DNA of 63,334 bases, filler included, from Chiloscyllium plagiosum (GCF_004010195.1; 5 parts of one record of this genome joined end to end with filler, not necessarily neighbours in it), one strand, 5' to 3'. Shown: positions 35,499 to 48,496, counted from the whole stretch's first letter. Made by a program: numbers and translations. The notes: generated by a model not told the origin, from the letters alone.

Positions 35499-38400
35499 AA
35501 ATTGCTAAAGAGGTTCTGGGATTTGAAGATGATTCTCAGATTTGCCAAGCAAGTTTAGAAGGAAAGAAAAAGGCCATACTTTTAGAATTAGCAAAGAAAT
35601 TCGATTTAGGTTTAACCAAGGACAAATGTAAAGCTGAAATTATAAGGGAATTACTCAAACACTTAGGTGTGTCAGAGAAACAGACAAGTGCAGTAGAGGT
35701 AGAAAAATAAATTACAATTGAGGAAAATGGTGTTAGAAGAGAAACAAAGAGAGAGAGAGGAAAGAGAGAAAGCGAGAGAGAGAGAAGAGATAGAGGAAAG
35801 AGAAAGAGAGAGAAGGTTCTTAGCTGAGCAGAAAGTGAGAGAATTTGAACCTGAGAGGTTGTGAATTAGTCAGCAAAGTGAAGTTAACAGGATGGAGATT
35901 AAAAGAGAAGATAGTGATATATACAAATATGTCAAAACTCTGCCACATTTTAATGAGAAAGATGTTGTTGCCTTCTTTATTTCATTTGAAAAATTGGCTG
36001 GGCAGATGGAGTGGTCCAAGGATTTATGGGTAATGCTAGTTCAGACTAAACTAGTTGGCAGACCTAGTGAGGTATTTGCCGCACTGTCAGATGAGGGGTC
36101 AAGAGATTATGAAGTGGTTAAACAAGCTAGTTTAAATGCTTATAAATTGGTACAATAAGCATATATACAATGGTTCAGAAACAAAAAGAAAGAACCAGGT
36201 CAGACTTAAGTTGAGCTCAAAAGAAATAAACATAGTCATTTTAAAAGGTGGCTGCATGCTTTAAAAGTAGATAGGACCTTTAAGGCTCTAAGAGAAATTA
36301 TTCTGCTGGAGAAGTTTAAAAACTCACTTCCAGAGATGGTAAAAATTCACGTGGAGGAACAGAAAGTTCAGGAAGTGAGATTTGGCAGCAGAATTAGCAG
36401 ATGATAACATGTTGGTGCATAAGACAAGCACCTGGCCAGAATTTTGACCTATGAGGGATAAAAGTTGGGAGAAGGGGAGATCCTACACTACGAAAGAGAG
36501 TACATAACATGGAAAAGACGTGGTAAAAGGAGCTAAGCCAGTGGCTTTAGTGCAGGAGAATGTACAGTCTAAGCATGGCCTTGGGTATGGAATTAGTACC
36601 TGATCTCTACAGAAGAATTTGCCTCTGTGCGTAAAGTTTACTTAGAAAGAACAGGGGGAGAAGGACAAGAAGTTATAATTTTGAGAGATACAGGGTCTAA
36701 CCAGTCACTGATAGTGAGAGATAAGCAGATATGCACACTTTCTGATCTACTACCCGAGAGTGTGATAATTTGTGGGATAGATCTCCTATGTAAGATCCGA
36801 TTGGGGTGCCAACTCAAGACTGGGGAAGTTACACTGGGAGTGATTGACAGAGTGTCAGTTCCAGGAATTAAGCAGGATCCAAGGCAGGAGTGACACCCCT
36901 TGTTGTGGAGAAGCCCAAGGAAAACCAAGAAACTGAGGAGTTAAAACAGAAATATCCTGGTATTTTCCCAGACAGTGTGGTACCCAGATCCCACTATCAT
37001 AAGTCACTGCACAAAGCGAAAAGTGAAGAGAAAAGTGAAGGAGTTGAGGTTCAGTTAACGGACACCCTGTTTGACGTAATGGTGCAGGAAAAATCTGAAC
37101 AGGCAGAGGGTCAGACACAAGTGTTTAGTCCTGTAAAGCTAAGAGACTTGCAACAGCAAGACAAGATGATAGAAGATATTTATGTGGATGCATACTCCAA
37201 AAAAGGAGGCAGAGAATTCCAGAGTGTTATGATCTGAAAGATAGAATCCTAAGGTGGCAATGGAAACCACGGCAGGTTAGTGCAGAGGAGAAATGGGCTG
37301 AAGTGCACCAGATTGTGTTGCCAGTAGCATACAGACAGGAAATGTTACGGGTAGCACATGAACTACCTGTAAGAGGTCACCAAGGGGTACGAAAGATTCA
37401 GGCTAAGGTACAAAACATTTTTATTGGCCTGGAATGCACAAGTGGTTAACTTTTGACACACGTGTCATACATGCCAAACGGTAGGTAAGGCGGTAATAAA
37501 ACCAGCACCTCTGTTGGCAATTCTGGCATTTGAAGAACCTTTCATATGGGTTATTACTGATTTTGTAGGTCCCTTCCTGAGAACTGAAAGTGGGAATTAG
37601 TACTTGTTAATCGTAAAGGATATGTCTACTAGATTCCTGGAGGCAATTCCATTATGGAGCATTAAGGCAAAAAAGGCGGTAGAGGAGTTAGTAGCTTTCT
37701 TCACACAGTATGGGCTATGCAACAGATTCATTCGAACCAAGGTCAAACTTTACTGCTAGGCTGTTTAAGGAGGTTATGGATAGCTTAGGTATACAGCACT
37801 TTAAATCCAATTAGTATCATCCTGAATCCTGAGAGCTTTAGAAAGGTAGAATCAGACCTCGAAGACCATGTCAGAATTAGCCGAACGATTGGGGTAAAGG
37901 TATCCCATTCATATTGTTTGCCATTAGAGATGCCCCAAATGAATCTATTCAGTTCACTCCCTTCAAGTTAATATTTGGGCATGAAGTGAGAGGCCCTTTG
38001 AAATTAATTAAAGAAAAATTGACAGGATCAAAGTTGGAGATCTCACACTTAGAATATGTATCGGAGATGAGGGAGAGATTAAATTGAGTAGGTGAGTTAG
38101 CTAAACAGCACCTAAAAAGGGCAGAGCTTAGAATGAAGTAGGTGGCAGATAAAAGCTCTAAGACTGACATTTTCCCAAGGGGATGACATGTTAGTATTGC
38201 TACCAGCGATAGAAGATCCCTTCAAAGCTAGATTTAATGGTCCCGATCAAATTGAGAAAATGTTGAGTCAGGTGAACTATCTAGTAAAGATGCCAGTTCA
38301 ATAAAAAATATATCGGGTATGTCATGTGAACATGTTGAAACTGTATTATACTAGAAAGAAAGAACAGGAGAAACAGGTGTTAGTTACTGCCCTGCAGAGT

Positions 38401-39104
38401 GAGGAATCAAATCCAGATGATGTGGATTTTGAGGTGCCTCAAAATAGATCCAAAAAATGAAGAGGCGTGGGATAGGTTAGTAAACTATCTGTCTCAGGAG
38501 CATAGAACGCAGTTGAAGGGTTTGTTGCTGCAGTATAAGGTCGTATGTAAGAATCAGATGAGGAGGAGTAATGCTATTGTACAGGAAGTAGATGTTGGGA
38601 ATACTGCTCCGATAAAACAACATCCCTATCGGATTAATCCTTTCAATGCCAGACAGGTCCATATGGAGGTGGTGGCCATGTTCAACCAGGACATCATCGA
38701 ACCAAGCCAGAGCCAATGGAGTTTGCCAATTGTCTTAGCTCCCAAAACAGATGGGACTCAATGGTTCTGCATGGATTATCGGAAGATCAACGTCGGTACA
38801 AAATCGGACTCATATCCAATTCCTACATTGAAGGACTGTATCGAGAAAGTCACATCATCATATTGGACTTACTGCGTGGTTACTGGCAGGTACCTTTATC
38901 AAGATAGTGAAAGAAATTTCTCGGTTTGTAACCCCAAATAGGCAATAGCAGTTTAAAGTGAATGAAGGACATACCCGCCACATTTAAAAGATTCATAGAC
39001 AGAGTTGTGGCTGGGTTAACAAACTGTACAGTCTATTTGGATGATGTAGTGATCTTTAGTAAGTCCTGGAAAGATCACATGGTACAGTTGGGAGAGTTGT
39101 TTGA

Positions 39105-39445
39105 ACTTTGAGTGCGAGCAGCAGCTAAGGTAAGACAGTTTGTTTTAAAATTACTTACCGGTAGCGGGCAGTGGTGTTTTTTCTCTCTTTACAGAAAGAG
39201 CGGGAGCAGCAGGGGGAAGTGACGAAGACCAGAGGGGCAGCCGGGAAGGAAAGCAGTGAGTATAAATACTCACCCTTCGACGCCAACGGTCACTTTGAGT
39301 GCGAGCAGCAGCTAAGGTAAGACAGTTTGTTTTAAAATTACTTACCGGTAGCGGGCAGCAGTGTTTTTTTTCTCTCTTCACAGAAAGAGCGGGAGCAGCA
39401 GGGGGAAGTGACGAAGACCGGAGGGGCAGCCGGGTAGGTTTTTTT
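39105..39445 (+). repeat. 187-bp tandem monomer (about 1.8 copies), probably a CR1 5'UTR repeat
   Basis: ACTTTGAGTGCGAGCAGCAGCTAAGGTAAG recurs at 39105 and 39292. It shares GGAAGTGA and GGGAAGG motifs with the CR1 5' end at 49806. Confidence 0.8.
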
Positions 39446-39545
39446 NNNNNNNNNNNNNNNNNNNNNNNNNNNNNNNNNNNNNNNNNNNNTTAATTAATTA
39501 ANNNNNNNNNNNNNNNNNNNNNNNNNNNNNNNNNNNNNNNNNNNN
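39446..39545. other. Artificial scaffold linker N44-TTAATTAATTAA-N44
   Basis: Exact pattern. Confidence 0.97.
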
Positions 39546-39950
39546 ATCCTGTATCCCTCCAATGCTCTGTCTGATCCTTGTTTCCTCAACCTTATGTAAG
39601 CCTCCTTCTTCCTCTTTACAAGACATTCAACCTCCCTCGTCAACCAAGGTTCCCTCACACGACCATCTCTTTCCTGCCTGACAGGTATATACATATCCAG
39701 GACACGTCGTATCTGTTTCTTGAAAAAGTTCCACATTTCCACGACATCCTTCCCTGACAGCCTATGCTCCCAACTTTTGCTCCTCAGATCCTGTCTTACA
39801 GCATCGTAATTACCCTTCCCCCAATTGTAAAACCTACCCTGTTGCACGCACCTATCTCTCTCCATAACCAAGGTGAAAGTCACAGAATTGTGGTCGCCGT
39901 CACCAAAATGTTCACCCACTAACAAGCCCATCACTTGTTCCGGTTCATCA
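39546..39950 (-). mobile_element. Young CR1 ORF2 fragment (same family as 2802-4899)
   Basis: Nearly identical to 4518-4899 ([16 protein letters not shown]). Confidence 0.92.
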
Positions 39951-40081
39951 CGTCGTACTAACTTGTCATGATCTTTTTTAAAGCTTTTAAGTACAAGGCA
40001 GAGATGACTAACAATAGATCCCTGAGATTACATTCCAGAAAGTCACTTCATCTCCTGCACATCAGCATGTTAAATACATAC

Positions 40082-40186
40082 CTTATCTGCTCGAATATTA
40101 ACTTGATCAGAAAGCCAGTGATCAGGAGGACAGAATTGCCTTCTTGTGTCCCTTGACTTTAGCATTTTCACTAAATTAGAGATCAC
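40082..40186 (-). CDS. UBE3C: UBE3C internal coding exon (105 nt): VISNLVKMLKSRDTRRQFCPPDHWLSDQVNIRADK
   Basis: Found by manual reverse-strand translation; not in the ORF track. Matches UBE3C VITNLVKMLKSRDTRRNFCPPNHWLSEQEDIKADK. Acceptor ttctttgcacatAG, donor AAG|GTATGT, phase 0-0. Confidence 0.95.
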
Positions 40187-41124
40187 CTATGTGCAAAGAA
40201 CATAAACAAGCAACTTATATGATACCACCGTTATATACTGTCTTATATAAAGTTACTTCACTTATCTACTTCGCATTACTCAAGGTATATAGAATTTTTC
40301 CATTATGAAGGACACAAATCTGATCACAATTGAGATAAGAGAGCATGACAACAGCAGTTTAGGAATGCTACTTACTCCATTGTACACAAAATCACGTCAT
40401 GCTATTGTTTCATAACAAATATGCTTTTCTCTCAATATTACAAAAAACTTGCTCAGAAATGACTCAGCACTTACCAGCAACTTCTCAGCCTGGCCTCGAG
40501 TCTCACCTGCTCTGGAGGTGTGTAATAACAGGTCTGAACAAGTTAATTAGAAAATATCCAAGGTGAGCAGTTGCAACCAGCCCTCAAAAGGATCATAACC
40601 AAAGCCAATCCCAATCTCTAAATGTTCAAAATGATCCTTTCCAGCAACCCAAACCTGATTTGCACATCTCAAATAATATTGCAGACAACTGCAGCACACC
40701 TTGTTGCTTAAGTTTGCTAATTTTGTACAAACTAGAAATCAAAACCTAGCACTTTCAAATGGGTGCACTGTCTAGTATCAAACCAAACAGTGATATTTTA
40801 AATAAAAATCTGCATGCAAGTGTCTATCCCACATCAAATATAAACTCCGCACCATATTAAATATTTTCAGTCACATCACATTTATATAATATAAACTGTT
40901 CCACCATGTTGCAAATGAAAAGTAGAGATCCATTAATGAGAATTTTATTCTCAATCCGTAATTTAACACAAAATTCCATAAACAAGAGAAATCGCTATCA
41001 ATCACTTGTTATAGAAAATGCAAATGAATAATTCTTTGGATGGACACCATTATTGTTGATAACATCTCAGGAACAAAGAACTTATTCCAGGACACAAATG
41101 GATACAAAAGCATGATTTCATTCA

Positions 41125-41680
41125 AAGCAATATTTCAAGGTAATTAGAATGCAAGAACAGAGATGTACTGCTGGGGCTGCATATTGCTCTAGTCAGACCA
41201 TTTATGGAATATTGTGAGCATTTTTAGGCCCCATATCAAATGAGGTATGTGGTGTTGGGACAGCCAGAGAAGGTTTACAAGAATTATTCCAGCAACGAAG
41301 GAGAGTTGATCTCATTGAAGCTTACAGAATACAGAGAAACCTGGATAGTGTGGACATGGAGAAGTTGTTTCCACTAGCTGGAGAGACTAGAACGAGAGTG
41401 AACATAGTCACAGTGAAGGCATGAGCCTTCAGAACAGAGATGAGGAGCAATTTCTTCAGCCAGAGGGTAGTTAATCTCTCTCTCTCCCGCAGAATGCTGT
41501 GGAGAACAAATTACCGAGTGTCTTTAAGAAAGAGAGGTAGGTTCTTGATCAAAAAGGAGACCAAGGTTATGGGAAAAGACAGCAGAATGGGATTCAGAAA
41601 CATATCAAATATGATTGAATGTGTCGAGCAGGCTTGATGGCACAAATGGCCTAATTCTGCTCCTCTATTATATGGTCTAA
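41125..41680 (+). mobile_element. Old CR1 3' fragment
   Basis: NFFSQRVVNL motif; the 3'UTR ends GGCCTAATTCTGCTCCT..TATGGTCT. Confidence 0.8.
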
Positions 41681-41842
41681 ACTAAACTAGAAAAATACGG
41701 AATAGCAACAAATTGTACTTGATCTTCAAGGCCTTTTAATGCTACAGAAGGCAACACGTGAGATTAACCATTTCCTTACATACAAAGCAAAAAGGGGGTA
41801 GAGGGAGAGACGGACGACGGGGGGACGGGGGGAGAGGGGAAA

Positions 41843-42046
41843 GAGAGCGTGTGAGAGAGCGTGTGAGAGAGCGTGTGAGAGAGCGTGTGAGAGAGCGTGT
41901 GAGAGAGCGTGTGAGAGAGCGTGTGAGAGAGCGTGTGAGAGAGCGTGTGAGAGAGCGTGTGAGAGAGCGTGTGAGAGAGCGTGTGAGAGAGCGTGTGAGA
42001 GAGCGTGTGAGAGAGCGTGTGAGAGAGCGTGTGAGAGAGCGTGTGA
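41843..42046. repeat. Perfect 12-bp tandem repeat (GAGAGCGTGTGA)x17, followed by (GAGT)n to about 42165
   Basis: Direct reading; explains the RVRE and TRSL pseudo-ORFs. Confidence 0.97.
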
Positions 42047-43036
42047 GAGAGAGTGAGTGTGAGAGTGAGAGTGAGTGTGTGAGTGAGTGAGTGTGTGAGT
42101 GAGTGAGTGAGTGTGTGAGTGAGTGATGGGAGTCAGAGTGAAAGAGGAAGTCAGAGAGAGAGAGTGAAAAACAGAAATTGCTGTAGAAACTCTGCTTTCT
42201 TCCCACAGATGCTGTTAGACCCACAGACCTTTTCCAAAAATTTCTCATTGGATGCTGGAGATCTGAAACACGGTTCTTTGTTTTATTTCAGAGTGTCTTT
42301 TTGTTTCACATAAAGCTTCAGCATAATTCATGGAAATCTTTTGTACCACATTGCTTGCCTATGCACAATTAGTAGAAACATGCTATTTACAAAAACGCAA
42401 TTCAATCCTGTGTTTCAACTGAATGGCTATATAATATTACATTTCGGAGTACATTCACTTTTTCAAAATGGACTTCTTCATAGCACTGATATTCATAAAA
42501 CGTTATATATCAAGTAATAGGCTACAATTTTCTGGTGAAACAAGTGCAACAGCTTGACGAAGAGCAATTGGCTCATTGTGCGGAATGAGCTGCAGTAATT
42601 CAGATGGCATTCGTCAGCCAAAGTATGCGTCAATTGTCTACATAATCAACTAAAAATACATTTCAGCGCTCGCCTTCTTTCTCAAAAAGGTCAGTCGGCT
42701 TGTATAAAGCAGGATTTGAAATTCAGTACCAACCTCATTCCTTATGATTGCCTCATAAGATTAACTCTCATACAGCAAGAAACAACTATTAAAAACTAAA
42801 GAATTACATTTAATCAATCTAAAGTGAACTTTTAAAATGCAAAACCAAACAGAATATAATTGCCAAAATAAAGCTGTTTCCAACTTCCAAAAATGGTTTG
42901 AGATAATGTTTGTTTAAACTCTATAACCAACAACAAAAAAGGCAACTTGTGACGAGTTTGAAAACTAGAGATGAATAGGATTCAAATTTGAGAGTTTTTT
43001 TTTGAAAGAGTAAATCGATGGATTAATCTAGACTTT

Positions 43037-43765
43037 AGAACATGGAATGTTACAGCGCAGTACAGGCCCTTCAGCCCTCTATGTTGCACCAACCTGTGAA
43101 ATTAATTTGATGCTCATCTAACCACACCGTTCAATTATTATCCATATGTATGTCCAGTGCCCATTTAAATGCCCTTAACGTCGGCAAATCTACTACGGTT
43201 GCAGGCAGGCCATTCCACGTCCCTATCACTCAGTGAAGAAACTACCCCTGATATCTGTCCTAAATCTATCACCCCTCAATTTAGAGCTATGTCCCCTCAT
43301 GGTAGCCTTCACCATTCAAGGAAAAAGGCTCTCACTGTCCACCCTATCTAACCCTCAGATTATCTTATTTGTCTAAATTAAGTCACCTCTCAACCTTCTT
43401 CTAACAAAAACAGCCTCAGTTCCCTCAGCCTTTCCTCATAAGGCCTTCCTTCCATACAAGGTAACATCCTCGTAAATCTCCTCTGAACCCTTTCCAAAGC
43501 TTCCACATCCTTCCTATAATGCGGAGACCAGAACTGCACACAATACTCCAGGTGCGGCTTTACCAGTGTCTTGCATTGCTGAAGCATGACCTCTGAAGCA
43601 GATCTTTGTGGCACACTGGTAACTGAGCTCCAGGATGAACATTTCCCATCATCCATTCCCCTTTGTCTTTCAACTAGCCAATTTCTGATCCAAGCCGCTA
43701 AATCACCTTCAATCCTGAAACTCCTTATTTTGTGCAATAGCCTACCGTATGGAACCTTAACAAAC
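43037..43765 (-). mobile_element. CR1 3' fragment with internal deletion
   Basis: LVKPHLEYCVQFWSPHYRKDVEALERVQRRFTRM. Confidence 0.88.
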
Positions 43766-44976
43766 GCTTTAAAGGCAACTCAACCAGCATAAATATTAGG
43801 AAAGACTTATGGTCAGACTACTATTTGAAACCTAAGTGCTTTATCTGGAAGGAAGAAGTAATAACACTAATATTCCACTTGATTCTGATTTTGATATTAC
43901 CTTGCCAGTTAAATGGCAAAATTACCATATTGTTGCTCAATGCCTGACAATGTCAATTAGCAAGGAACTTGCATCTCTGCACATGCACAGTCCACATTTA
44001 CAGCAAGTACCAGGATTATGTCCAAGTGATTTCCAAGCTGATTCAAATGCTAACTATAAAATTCAAAAGAACAGTCTGTTCCCAAGCAGAAAGCAGTATT
44101 AAGTTGGGAACTAGCTGTAAATCAAATTTAACTCAGACTTAATTACTTGAAATAAATTGACAAAAATTAGGCAAAAACAAGAAGTTATTTTGCCAATGAT
44201 TCAACAGGCTCCCCAATTATAACTTTAAATTTACTAATATATTAACACTGTATTCATCTCAATCAAAATATCATCAGTTACTATCCCTGCCAGCACTAAC
44301 AGCTTGCTTTAAGTGCAATACATTAGAAAGAAAAAGCTGATTGGTTTGAATAGCAGCTATCCCTGACTTGTAGAATGAATAAGCATTCCTTAATTAGCCC
44401 ATCAGGTTAAGTGCAGGCATTAATGGGTGCCTGCAAAACTCCAGCATGACATCTCTTTCCAAACACGGCCAAGCAGAATCTTCCATTAGCAATATTAATA
44501 TAAGCTTAGTTGATCATTTTCATTCAATTAACTTCTTTCAATTAAATAGATAGCTTTGTTCTGATCAGAGAAAAGGAGGTGATAAAGGAATAACAGAGAT
44601 AGTTGATGACTTGCACTGAACATTAGTGTGTTATGGGTCATTGAGAAATAAAACCATAAATCTAATATTCAATTTGGGAAATGTGTTTCCTTTATGCTTA
44701 CTTTAAGGGAGCAGCTTCAGGTGACTGTTGTCTTGCAGAAAACAGGATTTGAAATACAATACTAAGCTCACTCCTTATGACTGCTCGATATTACGGACAA
44801 CATACTTTCCAATGAAAAGTCACATTTCTAACATTGACTTAGCACTAGAGAATCCAACAACAAGGTGGCCCAATTACAAACTAACTCAATTTCGTTTCTT
44901 TTACTACCGCCTCACTCTTTTGACCTAAATTGCTGATTATCCTCCAACCTCCACTCCAACTGAAGCATGCTATGGA

Positions 44977-45155
44977 ACAAACAACGCTGGAGAACCTGAG
45001 CATGTCTGGCAGCATCTGTGGAGAGAGAAATATTGTTGACATTTCAAGCCTGCACAACTCTTCTTCAGAAATGTTCATTCTTTTATGCTCTCCACATATG
45101 CTACCAGACCTGCCCAGCATTCTTGGTGTTGTTTTCAGGTTTCCAGCAGCAGCAT
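44977..45155. mobile_element. Old head-to-head pair of PLE termini with a degenerate hammerhead
   Basis: Minus strand reads UUCUGAAGA..GAAAUGUC. TCTGGCAGCATCTGTGGAGA is inverted as TCTCCACATATGCTACCAGA. Confidence 0.6.
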
Positions 45156-48100
45156 GCTGTAGGGTGGACTCAGATTAAGCACACATTCGGTTTTGCAGAT
45201 AGACCTGGGTCCTGAAAGATGGTGTGCCAACTAGTAATTTCTGATAGCAAAGTAGTTCTGCTCTCACACAGATTATTCATTAAGATGGGGTTGCACAAAT
45301 TGCAACAGGTCCAATAATATACTCAACATCTGGATAAACAATTTAGAGTTGTTGAAGCACAAGGAATAGTAATGTCCCTCAGTCTATGTGAAACAAACTG
45401 ATGGCAACCTGAGCAACTGTGGGAGTATTACTTTAGACTTCAATACTTGTATACTCATATTTGAAGGTTGCAGTATGCTAACTGGGACTAACATTTTGTT
45501 TAGAAGAAATATGCTGGGTTACCATCACATCTCTCACAATATCCACAGCAAACTTCTGTATTCAGGTGGCCACATTCAGGGTATTTTTCCAGATAACACT
45601 GATACAGTAACTGATGCTACGCATTGACAAACCTAACGCAACTGAATTTGATAAATTGTAACCTTCTCAAGTCTTCTTACTGCACAGATACCACTTATCT
45701 AATTGCATTTCTAAATTCACAAGCTTTTGGTTTTAAACTGTATTTCACTTGAGTGCACTTTATCATTAACAAATGTCATGAAAAATATGAAACAAAATAG
45801 TTCTGGAGATTCTCCAACATTTTTAGAAATTCTCCGACCTCAAACTCCATGACAAAAATAAGATCATTTAAGCATTCATAACTGTGCGGGCAGACTGCTC
45901 ACAAACAACTTCTATAATTATTACTTCAATGGTATTGAATGTTGCTAGCTATACAAAGTGGTGCCAATGCTTGGGAAAATGAACAGAAATCTTGATTTTC
46001 AAATTTAAATTTTCAGGGAGGTGCTTCAATTTTAAAATGTTTTACAGTTAGTTTCTATGGAAACTTGCAGTTACCAACTTCCATGCATCATGAAGATTTA
46101 TTCCATAGTACAAAATATTACAGTAATGAGACAGAAGATTGAGCAATTCAACAAAGTTTAATCGCACAAGTGAAGAGCTATTTTCCCCAAATAAATACCA
46201 AAATAGAATTTGGAGTTATTGAATATATCTTAGCATTTCCAAGAAAAGTAAGATTTAATGGTGGTTGATAAAGAATCACAGGATTTTTGTTCAGAGTTTA
46301 CTCAGTATACAACGTCATAACTTGGTCTCATGTGATGCATTGGCACTGTTCTTGAATCCAGTTCTTCTGGTCTGGAGACAAGTCCCACCTGTTCCGGACA
46401 GGTCATAAAAAGTCTGAACAAATTGATTTAAAAATTTTTACGACTTAAGATGATGAATTCACTAATTCAGTGGAAAAACAATTTAACCATAATGAATACT
46501 TAAATATTCCATCATGTTCTGATTTAAAAGGTTAGAACATAAATCTACAAGGATTTTAGTTTGCAGCAGTAAAATTTGACAAAAATATACCCTTCAGATT
46601 AAGTGGTTGAGTAGAAGTGCTGAGACATTTTGTCAAAGAAATTGAACAAAATTGAAATCATGAAAATTCCAGGTTATCCATTGAAAAAAAAATTTTTTCA
46701 TAACTTGTTCATAATTGACTAGAGAAATAGAACTGCAAAGATGAAGCAAATTAATTTCATTTTTTAATAAACATTTTACAGAGCATCATAATGCTGTATG
46801 AAAATTACATCACAATGCAAATTATAAACGCTCATCAGTAACATGATCATATATAGGATGTGTGCAGATTAGTATTCATTGAATTTTACACAGGTCATAG
46901 TTGAGACAAGAATCTGACTGTATCCATCATGCCTTAGCAAAAAATGAATTGCTTGAATGATAATCCTATCTTTCCAAGAGGATAAAAGGATCAGAAATTT
47001 ATCTTTTAGAACACAAGTTCATGCACAAATATATTGAGGGGTGACGTTCTGTGAGCATGAGTTGAGCAATTTAATATTTGCATATTGTCTGCTGATGCTG
47101 TCACTTGAATATCAATTGCATTGATATTGATAAATGTTTTAAAGAACATTTAAATTTGATTACAAAGTGAGAAAATGGAGTTACGTTCTATTCAAATCAG
47201 CAGAATTGGTGAACAATCACCGAAAATTGAATTTTGAACTTTTCGCATGAATGTATTTCGGTTCTGAAATAGGGACTTCCCAACTTCAGGCGATCCAGAA
47301 ATAGTTAATTTGGTGTGAAAACACCTTGCGGTTGTGCATACCACCATCAGGTGACAAATGGGAAGGAATCAAGCATTTTATCGTTCAGCATTTTGGCACT
47401 TTTGTTGCATCATTAGCCATCTTGTAACAATATCTGGTTAGGAATACAGGTCTGATTCAGAAATAAGTAATTAAATAGGACAAAATTACGTTACTGTTAA
47501 TATTAATACACACCACAGACAAAAACATATAAACGATAGTTCAAAGACCATAAAGAAAGCCTGGAAAGAGAGTGCTATCACACGTGGGAATGAAAGCAAA
47601 ATATTTATTAACAGCAGGAATACTGGAACCATCCAACTGATAAAAGTGGCAATGATCATTATCACATGAAAAGCATTTGAAACCAAGAGAAGGCAAAAAA
47701 ATTAAACATCATTTAACAAACCATTATTTTCAGATTGAAAGAATATGGGAGAGATGAAAGGAATATTCCTGAGAAAATGAAACATCTTTATCAAAAAAAT
47801 TTTTTGAAAAAATAAAGGAGAGATTGAAGGAATATCTAGACACAAACAAAAGAAAATAAATTGACAAGATAAGAGTTCAATTTCACAAAGGAATCTTCAC
47901 TGAATAATTAAGGAATAATCTTAAATGGTTCAGCATCACATGAAAGTGGGACAAACCTGCACAGAGGGCCACCACCCACATATGCAAAACAGAGCAGTCC
48001 AAACGAGAAGAAAAGCCTTTCATTGAAATGTAAGCATTATTCGGGACCCTCATTTAGAAATTCTCAAAAGGTATTTTCTCCTATCAGTCAAAAAAATTAC

Positions 48101-48496
48101 TTTAGATGTTGACGGATATTCTTAGATATTCTTAGAGATTTTATTGAATATTCATTGATGCTCATAGATGTGTGAATAGTAATACATGACCTATTAGGTG
48201 TTATACTTTTGATAGACTTTAGCACAACTACACTCATTCACAAAGTGTATTTCTTGTTCATTTCTGTTCATAAAATGGTAAAATTAAAAAACCATTTAAG
48301 TTTTTCTGTAACAATTGTAATAAACCCAAATATCCTACACACTCCCTTAGGCAGTGTTTTCTGAAGTGAGAAACACCAGACCTTCAAAATATCTAGCATA
48401 TTTATAGTTAGCTAAGGCTTATTAAAATTAAGCAAACTATTTGGAGGAAGGTATAAAAGCAGACAGAACTTGTCAGACAAACACTTCATCTAAAAG

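Larger units (their letters stand above)
34792..39104 (+). mobile_element. Gmr1-like Ty3/Gypsy internal region (gag-PR-IN-RT), decayed and 3'-truncated
   Basis: gag LPHFNEKDVVAFFISFEK. Protease ILRDTGS (about 36675). Integrase AHELPVRGH..CHTC (37354-37477), DFVGP and a GPY/F-like motif. RT afterwards: PIKQHPYR, FCMDYRKIN, YLDD (39034-39045). Confidence 0.92.

Noticed and set aside
41742..42248. ORFs with RVRE and TRSL repeats
   Set aside because: Translations of the 12-bp microsatellite.
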